From assembly GCA_964630515.1 (NCBI GenBank), contig CAZVVP010000002.1, positions 12,302 through 76,301 on the forward strand: DNA of 64,000 nucleotides, written 5' to 3'. The notes below the pieces were generated by a model that was not told the DNA's origin, ran no database searches, and worked only from the letters and a program-made list of their open reading frames with translations. This document shows positions 1 through 15,000 of the stretch, in pieces (position 1 is the first letter of the stretch; each line of letters opens with the position of its first letter). The stretch comes from an uncultured Christensenella sp. GTDB taxonomy: Bacteria > Bacillota > Clostridia > Christensenellales > UBA1242. The translations under genes were made by a program, and so were the position numbers.

Positions 1-1
1 T

Positions 2-3000
2 TCATTATCAGGAGATTCTATTACAACAAAGAATAGAAACATTATAATTTCTTGGACACAAGATGAAATTATAGATAGTGAATCATCTACAAATTATGGT
101 TTGTTTGGACAACTTTCTAATGTTGAATTATCTAATATTAATCTTGTGATTAATGAGAGCAATATTAAAGCAAATACCAATACTTCTGACATTTACTTTG
201 GTGGATTTGCAGGAACAATAACAAATGCAAAACTAAATAACTGCTCAGTATTTGGTTATATTAATATTAAGCAAGTAAGTGATACTGATACAATATCTAA
301 CTTGATTTATATTGGTTCACTAGCAGGAAAAACAATTGATACTTATGTTGAAGATGTTTTAGAGTCATCTGTTAATGATAATAACTTAAGTGTTAAAACT
401 ACAATTCTTGTTGATGCTTCAGTTGTTAAAGATTCTAAAACTGAAACAGTACCAGCTAACGTTATTATTGGTGGTGCTGTAGCGGAATTAACTAATTCTA
501 GTGTTAAAGATTTGTCAGTAAATATATCTGTATTGTCAGAAAATATGACATATAATTCCATGATAGGTGGTGCTTTTGGTAAAACAAATAATGCAGAAAT
601 TAATGGTGTTGTTAGTTATCCTTATTTAGTTGCAAAGCATAACGTAGCAGGTTTGGCTGGTGAAATATCTGGTACAACTATTACTGCTTCTAAAGTTTAT
701 TTTGTAAACAATGCAACAAGTAACCATACTGCAATTAAAGCAGAAACTAATGTTGCAGGGCTTGTTCTTACAGCCTCAAATAACAGTACTATCATATACA
801 CTTATGTAAGAGGATTTAACAAGAAAGCTTTAGATTTGGTATCAAATGATGGATACAAAGGTGATATTTACTTAACAGGAACTGCTCCTATATTTAGTGC
901 ATTTGTTATTAATGCAAACAACCTAACTCTAAAATCTAGTTACTTTGATGCAAATGTTGCATTTAGTCAAACTACTTATGCTGGATATGACATTTTCTTT
1001 TATGGTATAACTAATTCAACTATTGATTATTTTTACGCTAAAGTTTTGACAAATGTAGAAAACTTTAAAACAACTGAAACAAATATTACACATTTCTTAG
1101 ATTCTACACCAGATAGAGATTCTGGTTATCTGATTATTAACAATAGCCAAGAAGTTTACAACAATATTGATTCTGCTGATATTGCTGATGGAACTAATGC
1201 AGTTGGTTCAAAGCCTTGGTTCCGCAATACTGATACTATATTACAAAACATCAATGATGGTTATCCAATGTTGGTTAATGGCGCAAAAATCCTTTATGAT
1301 ATTTTGCCAGATTCAATTAATATAACTATCGAAGATTTTAATCATGTTAAATATATCGAATATTCAAAGAATATTGGTTGGTTGGATTCTTCATATACAA
1401 CAATAGAAGGCGGAGAGACTATAACTCACAATCAAGTAATAATCTTCTATAATCGTAATTCTTTAGGTCAAACTAATAGATTTGTTAATACATATGTAGT
1501 TGGATTTAATGGAGATTTTGATACTTCTGATGGTTACAAATATTATAACTTTATTGATTTAAGTCTAGTCGGCGATGTTGTTGATACTGAATTCTTTGAG
1601 AAATTACAAGCTGGTGGAAGCATTTATTTAGAAGTTATTAATGGAGACAATAACCTTATTGCAATTGATGGCAATATTATTACAACCAAAGGCTATGGTA
1701 GAGTTACTTTAAGAGCATACTACAGTCTTGATGCTTCCATTTATAATGATATCGAATTTATAATATATAGTGGTATATATAACTATAACGTGACTTACAC
1801 AACAGAAAGTTCACTTACTAACGAAACAAAACTTGATAGTAAAGATGCTATTCTATATATCGACGAAGATGCTAACTTAAGTGTAGACGTTATAAATATG
1901 TATAATGGCGGTTATGCTAATGGCAATATCTACTTCGACGTTGTTACAGAAATGGGTGTTAGAATTGAACTTGAAGAAGATGACAGTGAGTTCAAATACA
2001 ATGATGGTAACAAAATTGTTGTTGTATCTAAAGATGGTGAGGTTAGAGATGGCGAATTTGAAGATGGTGTAATATACATTCCAAGTCTTACCAATATCAA
2101 TATTGTTCCAACTAAGTTGCCTACTTCAGGAGTGCTAAAATTGAAAGTAACTCCATACTACCTTGTTGACGGCAGAGCAATCTTAGTTGATGAAATTTCA
2201 AGAAGTTTTGCACCAAAAATCTCTGCAAGAGCTTCTGAAATTATTATTAATAACAACAAACACACTGCAACAATTACTGCTAACGGTACACAATATTTAG
2301 AATTAGCTGTAACAACAGCAAATGTTTCTGGTGATGGTACAACTTATAACATTAATGATAATGAAGGAATTCTTGTTAGATTATCTTCTAATGTGTCTGG
2401 CAATTTATTAGGAACTGCAGTAATTAATGGTTTTAGTGATTTTGCGCTTGATACGGACTATAGATTAGATAATCCAATTGTCTTTGATACAGAAGTCTTT
2501 GCAGGTTCTCTTCTAAAGATATCTGTATATCAATTCAAAGTTTCTAAAATTGCAGATACTAACGAATATCTAATTACTTACTATATCGCTTTAACTTTTA
2601 ACAAAGATGAGTATCAAAGAAATTATAGTAGTATCAATATGTTAAACGCAGATTATCATATTGAATTTGTTCCAAATACTAACCAAAATATTTCTGCTCA
2701 ATTTGATTGTTCAATTGCGTTAAATGACCCTACATATATAGCATTTGACTATTATGCTAATGGCGAAAAGAGTTCTAGTGGCAGTTTCAATCCTCAAGAA
2801 CAAGAAAGTAGATATATTAGCCCAGGCAGAGATGGTTTGATTAAACTTCAAATATTTGAAGACTTTAACAGTGCAGATACAATCGAACTTTATTTTGATA
2901 CAAATTATCTAAGTTATATCAATATTAAGCAGTTGGTAGCAACTACATCTATTGCATTTACATCAGATTTAACCTATATCACAGGCTATAAAGAAATAAG

Positions 3001-6000
3001 CACTGAGTATATTAGAGATGTCAACGATGCTACAAGAATTATTGGTGTAAGATTAAGTAATATTACATCAACTTATGGTGAAACAAAATTCTTTAACAAT
3101 ACTTTCTACATAAGATTAACTCTTAATTCTAATGTTTCAACAAACGTTATTAATTTAGACAAAAATTTGGATATTAATATCAAAGTTTACAATGTAGCAG
3201 GGGAAGAATTAAAAGTTCAAGACACAAACCATAGTCTGATTGTTGAAGTTTTGCCAGTAGCTAGCATTGAGATTGATAATACAAATTTAACAGTGTTACA
3301 AGTTGGAGATTATAAGAAAATTGAATGGGAAGCTTATAATTACGACTTAATCTTAGATGAAAATGGCAACTATAATGTTGATTTAACTATTAACTATGCT
3401 AATTCTGATTTAGGTAGTTATTTGTTCATTGTTGATAATGTAGGCCTAGAAGCTTATCTAAAACTTCAACAAAATAACTTAACAGAAGAAGAAAGAGAAT
3501 ACTATGAATCATGCTTAAGGTCTTTTGTAACAGAAAAGAGCGAAACAACATTCACAATTTATTCTAATGGTGTATTTGCTGATTATTATCTAATCTGCCT
3601 TGATACAATCTATGATTATTCAACTGAGGAAGATTTGTATAATTACTATATGTATAAAGACGGAGAGCTTGAAACTTACTGCTATGCATCTATTACAATG
3701 ACATTGACAGTTACTAAGACTATTAATGGAATTGAGGAAAAGGCAGAAGATATAGTAGGGGTTCAATTAGTTCCACTAGAATTAAAAGAGTTAGATTTAG
3801 TAGGGGCTACAGAACAAAGTGGCGATATAGACAGATTTGAGGTTCTTAACGGAACTTATACTCAATTAGAATTTAATATCAATGATACACTAGACAGGGA
3901 AGATGTTAACAAGTATAGTTATGACCCATATGTCAAAAATGCAGATTTAGAAGATTATCAATACTTCTATTATGATGGCCAATACTATACATTCGACGAA
4001 TCATATTCTGAGACAGAGAAATATCTTAATAGAATTAAAGCTATTCAAGCAAATGAATATGCTTTAGATAGCGATGGGGCTGAGCCTCTAGATACAAGTG
4101 AGAATGCTGATAATGTTTATCAACTATATGAAGAATTACAAGTAGGTGATAACTTCTCAGCAATCTATATGCCAATCGAAAAGAACAATAGATATGATTA
4201 CATTGAGAGTGGACACTATAACATTAACAATGCATCATTTGCTTCTGCTAATAATAGATTCTATCACATAGACACCAAAAAGAATCTTGTTGTTGATTCT
4301 GTAAGCGGTAGCAGTGTAGAAGTTTATTATTTTGTAGTTTCGTATAATTATGATATAAAAGGAGCCGATGGAAAATTAGAAAAAACAATTTCTGCTAATC
4401 TAGTATATTTACTAAGTTATAATAATAATAATTTCTATTATTCTAAAGACGCTTTGGCTGACATTAATGATGTAACTCCTTCACCTTCAGTATCAAGCGA
4501 TGAGATATTTAATCAAGCTAAAGCTAAAGAGTATTTCCAAAAATATTTAGAGGAGGATTCTTCGCTTAGTAGTTATATAGGACAAATCAAAGATAGTTTA
4601 TCAGTATCTATAGCAACAAGTTTATCTTTTACAAACTTCTTGACTAGTGTTCATTATGATTATGGTTATACAACTGATATTTATGATGCAAGTGGAAAGT
4701 TTGTGGAAAGTTCAGAGCATATTGGCTACGAGACTCAAATCAATAGTAATGGTGCTGGCTTATTGGGTGGTGATGTTAAATTCAGCATAAATGGTAAATC
4801 TTATTGTATTTATAAGCAATCAGACCCAGCTAAAGATGCTGAAGAATCTTACCTATATTGCTATGCAAGAGCAAACTATTTAAAAAATAACTTTGGTGAC
4901 TATGTTGTTTATAATAACAGATACATCAAGATAGATACAGACAAGTTATATGTAATTGAAACTTTTGATGGTGGCAATATAAATAACTCTGATGCATATG
5001 TTGAAGGGGTCAAATATTATATCGAAACTAATAACAACACTTATGTATTACTTGCAGATTATACAGGTGAAAGCTTATTACATTATAGATATAAAGTTTC
5101 TGATTTCTCAGTTGAGGAGAAGGCAAGATACTTACTTAGTGGTATAAGTGTATATCACTACGAAGATTCTGAGGGTTCAGATAAGAAAAAAGTATATGAT
5201 GTAGCTTCTGTTGCTAATTTCTATATCGTTACTCAAAATGGTTCAGATACTAAATGGGAAAAAATTGAGTTAAATGATTTGAATAGTAAGTACAAAAATA
5301 AATTCTTACTATGCAGAACAGAAGAATCTCAGTATAGAAATGATACTATTTATTATTTCGAATACTACACAATCAAAGCACTTGGTGTTAGTGATGATGT
5401 TAAGATAATTGCTCAAGTTAATTATTTCTATGACGAAACTGGACAACTTCGTTCTTTCTATGACAAAAACTTAGACGGCATTAACGACATCTATGATTCT
5501 TTAGGGGATAAGAATTATACAGGTGAAAGCTATGTTGGATTAACTCCAGTTCAATATTATAGAGATGCTGATAGCATGATATATGAAAGAACTTGGAAAG
5601 AGTCAGAAGCTGGTTTAGGTGATTATGCTTGGAGAAAAGAAAATAATTGTTGTGGACATATTTTATATACTTATGAGTACGATTTTAACCTAGTTATTAA
5701 AGTTAATTCTAGTTATGATAATCCTATCCCAATCTATGACGAAGAAGACTTCTTAGCTATGGCTCAAGGTCAAGCTCAAAAAGATGGTGCGGGCAATATA
5801 ATCTCCACTGGTCAACATTACATTATGATGGACAATATTACTCTTAAGAATTATTCTCTAATAGACAATGAGGGAATTGGTAATATTGGTTCTCTTGACG
5901 GTAATGGCTATGTTCTAACAATTGAGAGCTTTGCAGATACAAGAAGATTAAGAGAAAGTACTCTAAAGAACTTTGGTATCTTTGGCACAATTTCAGAAAA

Positions 6001-9000
6001 TACAATTATCAAAAATATGATAATTAACATTGAGCCTCTACTTGTTACTAACAAAAATGTGGCAACTGCACAAGCTACAATCAAGAATTACACAACCACA
6101 GAATTAATTGACGGATATATTAATAGTAATTCTTATATCAATCAAGGTGTATATTTTGATTCTGAAGAAAATGTAAGAGTAGGAAATGCAAGTGTAGACT
6201 TAAGTTTCTTAACAGGTATTAACTTTGGTATCCTTGCTGGTGAGAACAAAGGTAGCGTTACTAATGTTAAGATAGTAGCTTTAACTGGTATTAAGAGTGA
6301 TACTTCTGAAGTAGAAGATAATGCGGATTATAACTTGGAAGTAAAATCCGACAAACAATACTTGTTTGTACTTGCGAGCGAAGTTATTGATGGAACATTC
6401 ACAAATAATAATATTGGAACAATTGTTGGCGTAAATAGTGGTATTATTACAAACAGTAGTGTAGGTATACTTGATTATCAATATAACGAAAAGATTACTC
6501 AAGATGACCCAACTACTGCAGATGTTGATGAATCATCTGTAGAGGCGGAACTACAACAAGCTGATAACAAGATTAAATATTTAGTTAATAAAACTAATAT
6601 TGTTAATGGTGAACATGACAAAGAATATAGATTTATAAGACCATACTATGTTACTGGTAATGGTAATATAGCAGGCTTTGTTGCAAACAATATTGGAGCT
6701 ATTAGTTCAAGTTTTGCCAAAGGTGTTGGTGTATTCAATACTATGACTGATACCCAAAGCTCAAGCAATTCTGAAGCAACAATCTATACAGCAGGATTTG
6801 TTGTAAACAACTCAGGCTCTATCCTTAACTCATTTGCAGAAGCTTATGAGTATGGAACTTTGGACAGAAATGCAGAATATATTGCTAACTTCGTAGTAGA
6901 TACTAACCCAGATGATGATATCTATGTATACAATTATGACATTAGCTCAATTGGCAATATTAGTGGTTTCGTATACAATAACTCAGGCGAAATTGAAAAT
7001 GCATATTCTGTATTAGCATTAACAACTAATGCAAATAACACTGCTGGATTTGTTTACATCAATTCAGGTTCAGTAAAACACGCATACACCACAACTTATT
7101 GCACAACAATCAGCTCAACAGGTGGTGATTCCAATTTAGCATATGGAACATTCTATCAAAGACAAGATAAGGACTATACAGGCACATTCGAAGACTGTTA
7201 TTATTTAGTTGATGTTAGAAAAACTCAATCAGCTATAGATGATCCAGCTACTGGTATAGATAATTCATTTACAGCACATGTAGATGTATATGTAGATGTA
7301 GATGGCGTAGTAGCTAAAGCTAATTATCCAGAATTTGCATCTGAAGAATCTTTTGTTAACTTTACATTCTCATCTGATATGTCTGTAGATGCAGATAGCT
7401 CAGTATGGTATATGACCTTACATGGACCAAGACTAGTGTCTACATTAAGCACAACTTATTCGCATAGACAATTAGAGGGTGTAACAACTCTTACAGACGA
7501 AGAAGACAAATTATCTTATGAGTTTAAAGAATATATTGTTAAGACTGATTTAACAGACGGCGAATCAATAAGAATATTTATAGATAAGACAAATATCTTC
7601 TATGAAACAGCTACTAATTCTGGTAAGTTTACAGCAACTAAAGTTGATGGTACAAGGTCTGCTTATGTTTATGTTTCTTATGATGCAGAAACTGAGACTT
7701 GTCAATATTATTTGTATATTGATGGTGAGGGCTTATACTTAACAGATAATAATTTAACTGAACTTACATTGATCTCTCAAGAATTTACTGAAGAAGTCTA
7801 TAATAGCTTAACTAAATACTCATCTTTAGTAGCAATGGACGATAAAGGTAGCATACTTGGTGTATTAGACTTACTTGAAGTTCCAGTATCTGACTATAGT
7901 AACTTCATATTTAGTTATACTTATGACCCAGATTGTCAATATGGTTCCAAAACAAATCCACTTCTTGTTGATACTGCAGATAGATTTGTTAATTATATAA
8001 CCAATTTTGCAAGAAAAACTGATGAAGGATATGTATTTGGTAAAGTTGAAGCTTCAGAAGATAATAAATATATAAGACAAATTTCTCATCTAGATTTTGG
8101 ACTTAAAACAGTTGATAACCAGAGTATTAATGTTCTTAATCAAGAGAAGAATGGTAAGTATTTAAGTAATGTTATATTCAATGGTGTTTATGATGGTAAT
8201 AACTTAAATATTAACAACCTTAACTTAACAGACTCTAGAGAGAACCAAACAATATCTTTTGGTTTATTTAACCAAATGGGATTAAAGACAAACAAAGATA
8301 ATAATTTCTTAGCAGTATTTAAGAATGTTAACTTATATGTAGTTGAGTTTACGTCTAAAGACGCTGTGTCAACTGGTACTGTTGCTGGTATCATGTATAA
8401 TTCTGCTATACTTAATGTAGAAGTTTCAACTAGTTTGAAATCTAATAGCAGTAACAAATATCAAACAGCAACTTACTTCGTAGGATCAATTGCTGGTATT
8501 GCAGTAGATACCAAATTAATTGACATAGAAGTTAATAATATATATCTTTATGCTTCACTTCCTAACGAAATATCTTCTGATAGTAAAAATATTTATAACG
8601 ATTACTTGACTTGGCAGTATACCGCTACTCAAGGCACAACAACTAACGGAAAGTATAAGACATTTAGTTTTGATTATAGTAATCCAGATATGTACGGAAA
8701 TCCTGCTAATCCTATCTATGACCAACTAGATTCTCAATTATATTCTATTAGTGGTGCTAATAAGAGTATCAAAGTATCAACAGCTAGCTTTGCTGGTGGT
8801 ATTGCGGGTGTTGTAATTAGTTCTAGTGTTGTTGATACAAGTGATTACTATAGTAGTGCTAATCGTATCAATCCTAGTGAGGCAACAATTAGAGGAAACG
8901 AACTATCTGGCGAATATATTATTGCTGGTATTAATGCTGGTGGCTTGTATGGATATGTTTCTGAAAATATTGTTATGTATGATGTAGAATTACTTACTGA

Positions 9001-12000
9001 TTATGATAACGAATTGGGAGATAACCAAAAACAAGCAATTAGTGGTAATAATTTCGTAGGTGGTATTGTTGCAGAAAATCATGGTTTAATATATAAAGCA
9101 CAAGTTAATTACTCAAACAACAACTCAGATGAGGAGTTAAATCAAGATACTTTTGATAAAGATATAGCAGAACATAATTATCAAAGTAAGTCTTTAGTTA
9201 ACGAAGATGCTCTATTTGCTAATACACGTAAAGGCACAAATGCAACTAATACTAACAACACTGTTGTTGCTATCGGTGGTATTGCAGGATATAACGCAGA
9301 TGGATATATTATTGATAGTTATAACAAAGTCGATGTAACTAATGACAATGCATATATTTCTGGTGGTATTGTAGGTTATGTCGGAAAGAATACAACTATT
9401 AAGACCACATTTACAACAGCTAATGTTATTGCTAAAGAAGTAATTGGTGGATTTATTGGTTTCTATAATATAGACGGTGATTTGACAGATTACCAAAGTA
9501 ACTTAACTTTAGAAAAATGTGTATCAATTAACTTATGGGATAAGCAAGTTGAAGAAATCCAAAAGAGTATCATCAAAGGAACATCTTTTGGTGCAACTTC
9601 AGATAATATCATTATTAGATTCCCAGAGGTTGGTAACCAGAAAGTTGAAAAAGCAACTACTATGGAGAAGATTACAGTTGATGGCACAGACTACAATTAT
9701 GTTAAAGACGCAACTTCAATCTCCCAAAACACTAGTAATGTTTTCTTAGGCTCCTTGATTGGTTTTGTTGGTTTAGGTACAAATAACAAAATCGCAGAGA
9801 CTTCTAATAATGTAGTTAATTATTATGGTGTTACAGGAGAAGATAAGACTAACTACGAAGATGATATAATCATACTAAACAAACAAAGATATCTAGTTAC
9901 TGAGACTATAACTACTGGTAGTAAAGCATGGGGATTTGATAATATCACTTCTGTAGTTAGTACAACTTATGCAAGTTTGTCTAAAACAACTGGTGAATCT
10001 GTAGACCAAATTAAGATGGCGTATGATAGCACAAACGCTTTAGCTTATGATGAATTATATGTTAATGAGAATAATGGTGGACTAAAGAAGTGGGAATTAA
10101 AAACATTGTTGAGCGAAAGTGCTACTGAGCAAGAAGCCACACATGTAGAATTAAATGATGGAACAATTATTCCAAAGACAGATTTAGAAGCTGGTCAAAC
10201 TGTTAAAACATACTATATTGTTCAGCCTCCTGCTGAGTATGATTCCGGAAGTGATACAACTGCTGGTAATGTATATATTGATTATAACTACTCTAAGGAT
10301 ATATTTGGTAAAAAAGATAAAGATGGTAACAATACTATCAAGTCTAGACAGATGTATTTGCAGAACATCTTAGGCGTATATAAGAACATTGATGACACTA
10401 ACGGTAGTTCTTATACTCAAGAAGAAATAGATAAGAATACTTCAAGTAATTTATTTGAGGAAAAATATTACGAATATGAGTATGAAGATAACGGAGATAG
10501 AAAGGCTACTTCTCCACTTATGCTTGACTTAACATTTACAGATTCAGATGATGATAGAAGTATTTGGAGTATGGCTGACAACGGAAGCGGTAGTTATATC
10601 CCAGAATATATTACTGTTCCAGACAAAAACTATATTCAGATAAATACAAGCGAAGAATTAATTGAAGCGTTGAGTAATAATGGAACAACTAAGACATATT
10701 TCTTGATGCATAACAACAAGTCTGATAGAAAAAAGACAAATTCCTTTAACATTTATATCAATGATTCAGCTTACATTTATAACTACGCTATGTTTAACTC
10801 TACCTTTAAGGGTAATTTGTTAGGTAAGAAGTATGATGTTGATACAGGAATAGTATCTGACACTACAATAAACCCAGTTATAAATATTTATACAGGTAAC
10901 TCTAGAGGGGTATATGCTCTAATTAACAGATTAGAGAATGCTGAGATTAGAGATATCGACTTTAATATTTATGTTTATGCTAATGATAAGAGTAGTTATA
11001 CTAATGTATATGCTTCATCTAATGGCTCATTTGGTTTACTTGCTACAACTATTACTGCAAGTACTATTAGTAATGTTAAATTTACTATTAGTGGAGAGAC
11101 TACTAGTGAAGATATTTATTTAAATCTAGTTCACAATGCTGAGGAAGCAGGACTTACTAGTGTTAAGAACTTTGGTCTTGTTGCTGGTACTTCGATTAAT
11201 AGCGTATATTCAACTATTACACAAACTATAAGTAGCAATATCCATATCAATTCTGGTTTAACAGATACAATTGGTGGAGTATTTGGTTATGCTTCTGGTA
11301 ATACAATTAAGTCTTACGATATTACTGGAGCAAAGACTTTGAATTTGCATTTGAGTGAATCAAGGTCTAATACAGGCAATGCTTTGTATTTTGCTACAGC
11401 AATTGCCAAGAACCATTACAATTTAATAACTACAATAACAAGTAATATAAACATTAATGTTGATTATGCTGAGTCTGCTAAATCAGTTCTTCAACCTTAT
11501 GGTATAAGATTTAATATCTTTGCTGGTGGTTTGTTTGGTTACTCATTAGCTGGCGAAGTGACAAATTCTAAATATACCGCAGACAATGTTAACTTTACAT
11601 TAGATAGAACTTCATCTTCTGCTATTACTAACAGTGTATACTTTGGGGCAATTTCTGGCTCAACGTTTACTAATAATATGGAAAATGTAAATGCAAGTGA
11701 AAGTGGTTCTACATATAATTTCAAGTTAGAATTCCTAAATGCATTTATTGGTGGTTTAGTTGGATATAACGATTACTTGTCTTCAATTATTTCTACAAGT
11801 TATCAAAAGTCAACTAGTAATATTACCTTAGCTCCAAGAGGCTCTGGTAGATATTATGTAGGTGGAATAATTGGTTATAATGCATCTAATATAACTGGAG
11901 ATTATACTATTGAGAAAGTTGTTAATACTGGAGCAATCTCAATTAATACTGATGAAGTATTATCTATCGAAGGTAATAACAGAACTATGTTATATGTTGG

Positions 12001-15000
12001 TGGTATTGTTGGATATTCTGCCTCTGGCAAATACTCTTATGTAGCGAACTACGGAAATATTAAGACATATAGTGAGAAGGATAAAGAAGATACAGAGTAT
12101 ACAGTGGACCAAATTCAAGAAAGATGTTCTAACGCTATGTACTATGTTGGTGGTCTTGTAGGTTATGCAAGAAACATTGGTATATATAATTTTGCTAATT
12201 ATGCAGATATCTATTATGTAATTGGTCATGGTGGAAACTACTATGGCGGTATCATTGGTTACAGTACTCTTACTAACGTTATCTTAAATACTGGTAAGTC
12301 TTATTGTAGATTCTATGCTTCTGATACTTCTCAAGAAAATAGATATAATGCTAACTTATTTACAATAGCAGAGAATTGTGTATATGTATCAGAAGAAGAT
12401 AGAGATAATTCTCTAACTTATACTGATGATGTGTATTATATTCAAGAGTTCTATGCTAAGTACTCTGATTTAAGTCAAAGTTATGCAAGCTCTTCAACTT
12501 ATAACGGAACTCAAGTATATGCATATGCAGATATTTCTAGTTTCAATGGTAAATTTATTAGTGAAAGTAAAGTTCCTGCTTCTGATTTAAGTAGTTCTTA
12601 TGATACAGATAAGTTAAATGCAACTGGTATATATCATATAATTGACAATGACGAGGGGTATAATTATATTTATAATCCTACCGATTTTACATTTATTAAT
12701 TGGTTTGAAGAAGATAATGTGGTAGTTGCTGTTAAAGGTGGCACATCTTTAACAAATGGTCATTCAGCTGGAATAATACCTTCAGTTCCAGCAAACGGTA
12801 TATTATCTGGATTTAAGATAAATATAGGTGGTATGGCTAAGAATGAAGTAGATGATAAATATGAATTCACTCCATTTGTAAAAGAGAACAACGGAAGAAT
12901 CTTTAACTGTATTGTTTATGGTGAAATAACTGAAGACTTTGGTACAGACGGTGATGAGGAATATATTAACAGTTTTGCAATGACTAATAATGGTGATATT
13001 GTAAGGTCTGGATCAGTTATTACATATACAGGTAAATTCGAATTTGAAAAGACTTACGAAGAATATAAAAACGTTAAAGATTTATCTAACAATGAGGTTG
13101 GTACTGCTTATAATATAAGTTCTAATATCAAGTTCAGTGGATTTGTTTATACTAACAGCGGATTCATTAGCGATTGTTACTCTACAGTTAACATTGATCA
13201 TGTTAATAAGTGTGATGCCTCTAGAGATGACCAAATTAGTGTCGAGGGCGCTACTTACAACGTCAATGCTCCTAATTTCTTCTCTTATGAGTTAGAGATG
13301 GCAGGTCTTGTATATTTACAAGGTGAAAGAACCAATGCTAACACAATAGGGGTACACAATTCATTCCATTCTGGAAAATTAATTGATTACACTACTCCTG
13401 CAGTAAGGTTCTATGGTACAAATGGATCATTAGGTGGAACAAAGCCTGATGATAACAATCCAGATGACTATAAACCTATTGAGTATAATCCAGGACTAAT
13501 TGTTAAAGATACAACTTCTGGGATTTATTCCCAATGTGGTAATAATCTATACGACAATACTCATGTTGAGGACTTGGAAGATGGCGTAACTAATTACTTT
13601 AATGATTTAGACAATAAAACTCACAATATTTGGATCAAATCAGACGACCGTGCAAAGAACTATTATCAATACTACATCCAAGATATAAGTATCGGAAATA
13701 GTGACCATTCTCTATATGCCCCTACTGGTATAGAAGCAAGTTTTAGTAATAATGGTGATAACCTTGAAACAAGTAGTTCTTTCTCTAATAAAGGTGTAGT
13801 CACATATAGTGATACATCAAAAAATGGATTATATTATTCGGTTGCTGCAATTGAACATGGAACATATAAATTGTTCCAATCTACTTCGACTTCAATTATT
13901 GTAGAAACTGCAAGAGATTTTGCTAGATTAATTGGAGACTACAATGATGAAGATAGCGAATTAAACAAAAATGTTTACATCTTAGCTGACCAATTAGATA
14001 TGACAGGGCTTCTTGGTGCTAGCGAAAGTGGTATCACAAAATTAACAGGTCAAATCATCGGTATAGGAGATGGTAATCTTACCGAGGCTGGTAAAATGGG
14101 TGTTCTTATCAAGAATCTAACCATTAATTCAGCTTTTGTTAAGACAAATACCGGAACAATATCAGGATTATATTTTGATAATATTAACAATACAGGCAAC
14201 TCATGTTCTGCAATAGTAGAAAATAACTCAGGAACAATAGAGTATGTATCAGTTGTTAATAGTAATCTATTAGTTTCAAATGCTACTTCAAGTGTAGGGT
14301 TAATCGCTTCAACCAATACAGGTACAGGTACAATAACTGGAATATATGTAAGTAATTCTTCAGTTAGTGTATCAAAAGAATCATTTAGTGATAATAATGG
14401 AATCGGAGGTATTGCTGGATATAACAATAACACAGGCAATGTATCTTATATTTATATTGGCAAATATAATGCTACAGAAAGTGGTTTGATTGTTAATTAT
14501 ACAGATACTCAAAACTCCACAAAAAATGTTGGAGGAGTAATTGGAAATAACGAATCTACCTTTGTTAATAATTTTGCGATCTTTAATGTATCAGTTAATG
14601 CTGGTAATGCGAATAAAGTCGGAGGTGTTATTGGTTGCAATACCGGAACTCTAGAATCTTCATATTTTGCGGTTACTAGTGTTCAAGTAACAGGAAAGAA
14701 TTATGTTGGAGGTTTGGTAGGAAGTAATATCGCAAGCACTATTACTGGTAAAATAGATGGCTCAGGTAAATATCTTTTCTTAGCTAATGTTGATGTTGTA
14801 GCTAATGGACAGTATAGCGGTATCTTTGCTGGTGATTTTATAACTGAAAATTCTGTACAAGCTCAAATTTCTGTTATAGATTTGATAGCATCAACACTTA
14901 ATGCAAGTTCTGATTATGCTGGTGGAGTCGCTGGTTATGTAGAAAATACAAACAATGATAGAAGTAGTATTATTATTGAGGACACAGACCTTTATGATAT

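Noticed and set aside
14050-14439. 129-aa antisense ORF inside the giant gene, plus the other minus-strand ORFs at 343-561, 6281-6502, 8188-8457, 9212-9687, 11539-12229, 15170-17308, 20075-20272 and 22697-22966.
   Set aside because: All lie wholly inside the giant + strand ORF. Their translations are low-complexity mirror images of the repeat codons (Pro/Leu/Thr/Ile-rich). I saw no RBS. They are the expected chance ORFs opposite a stop-free AT-rich frame.
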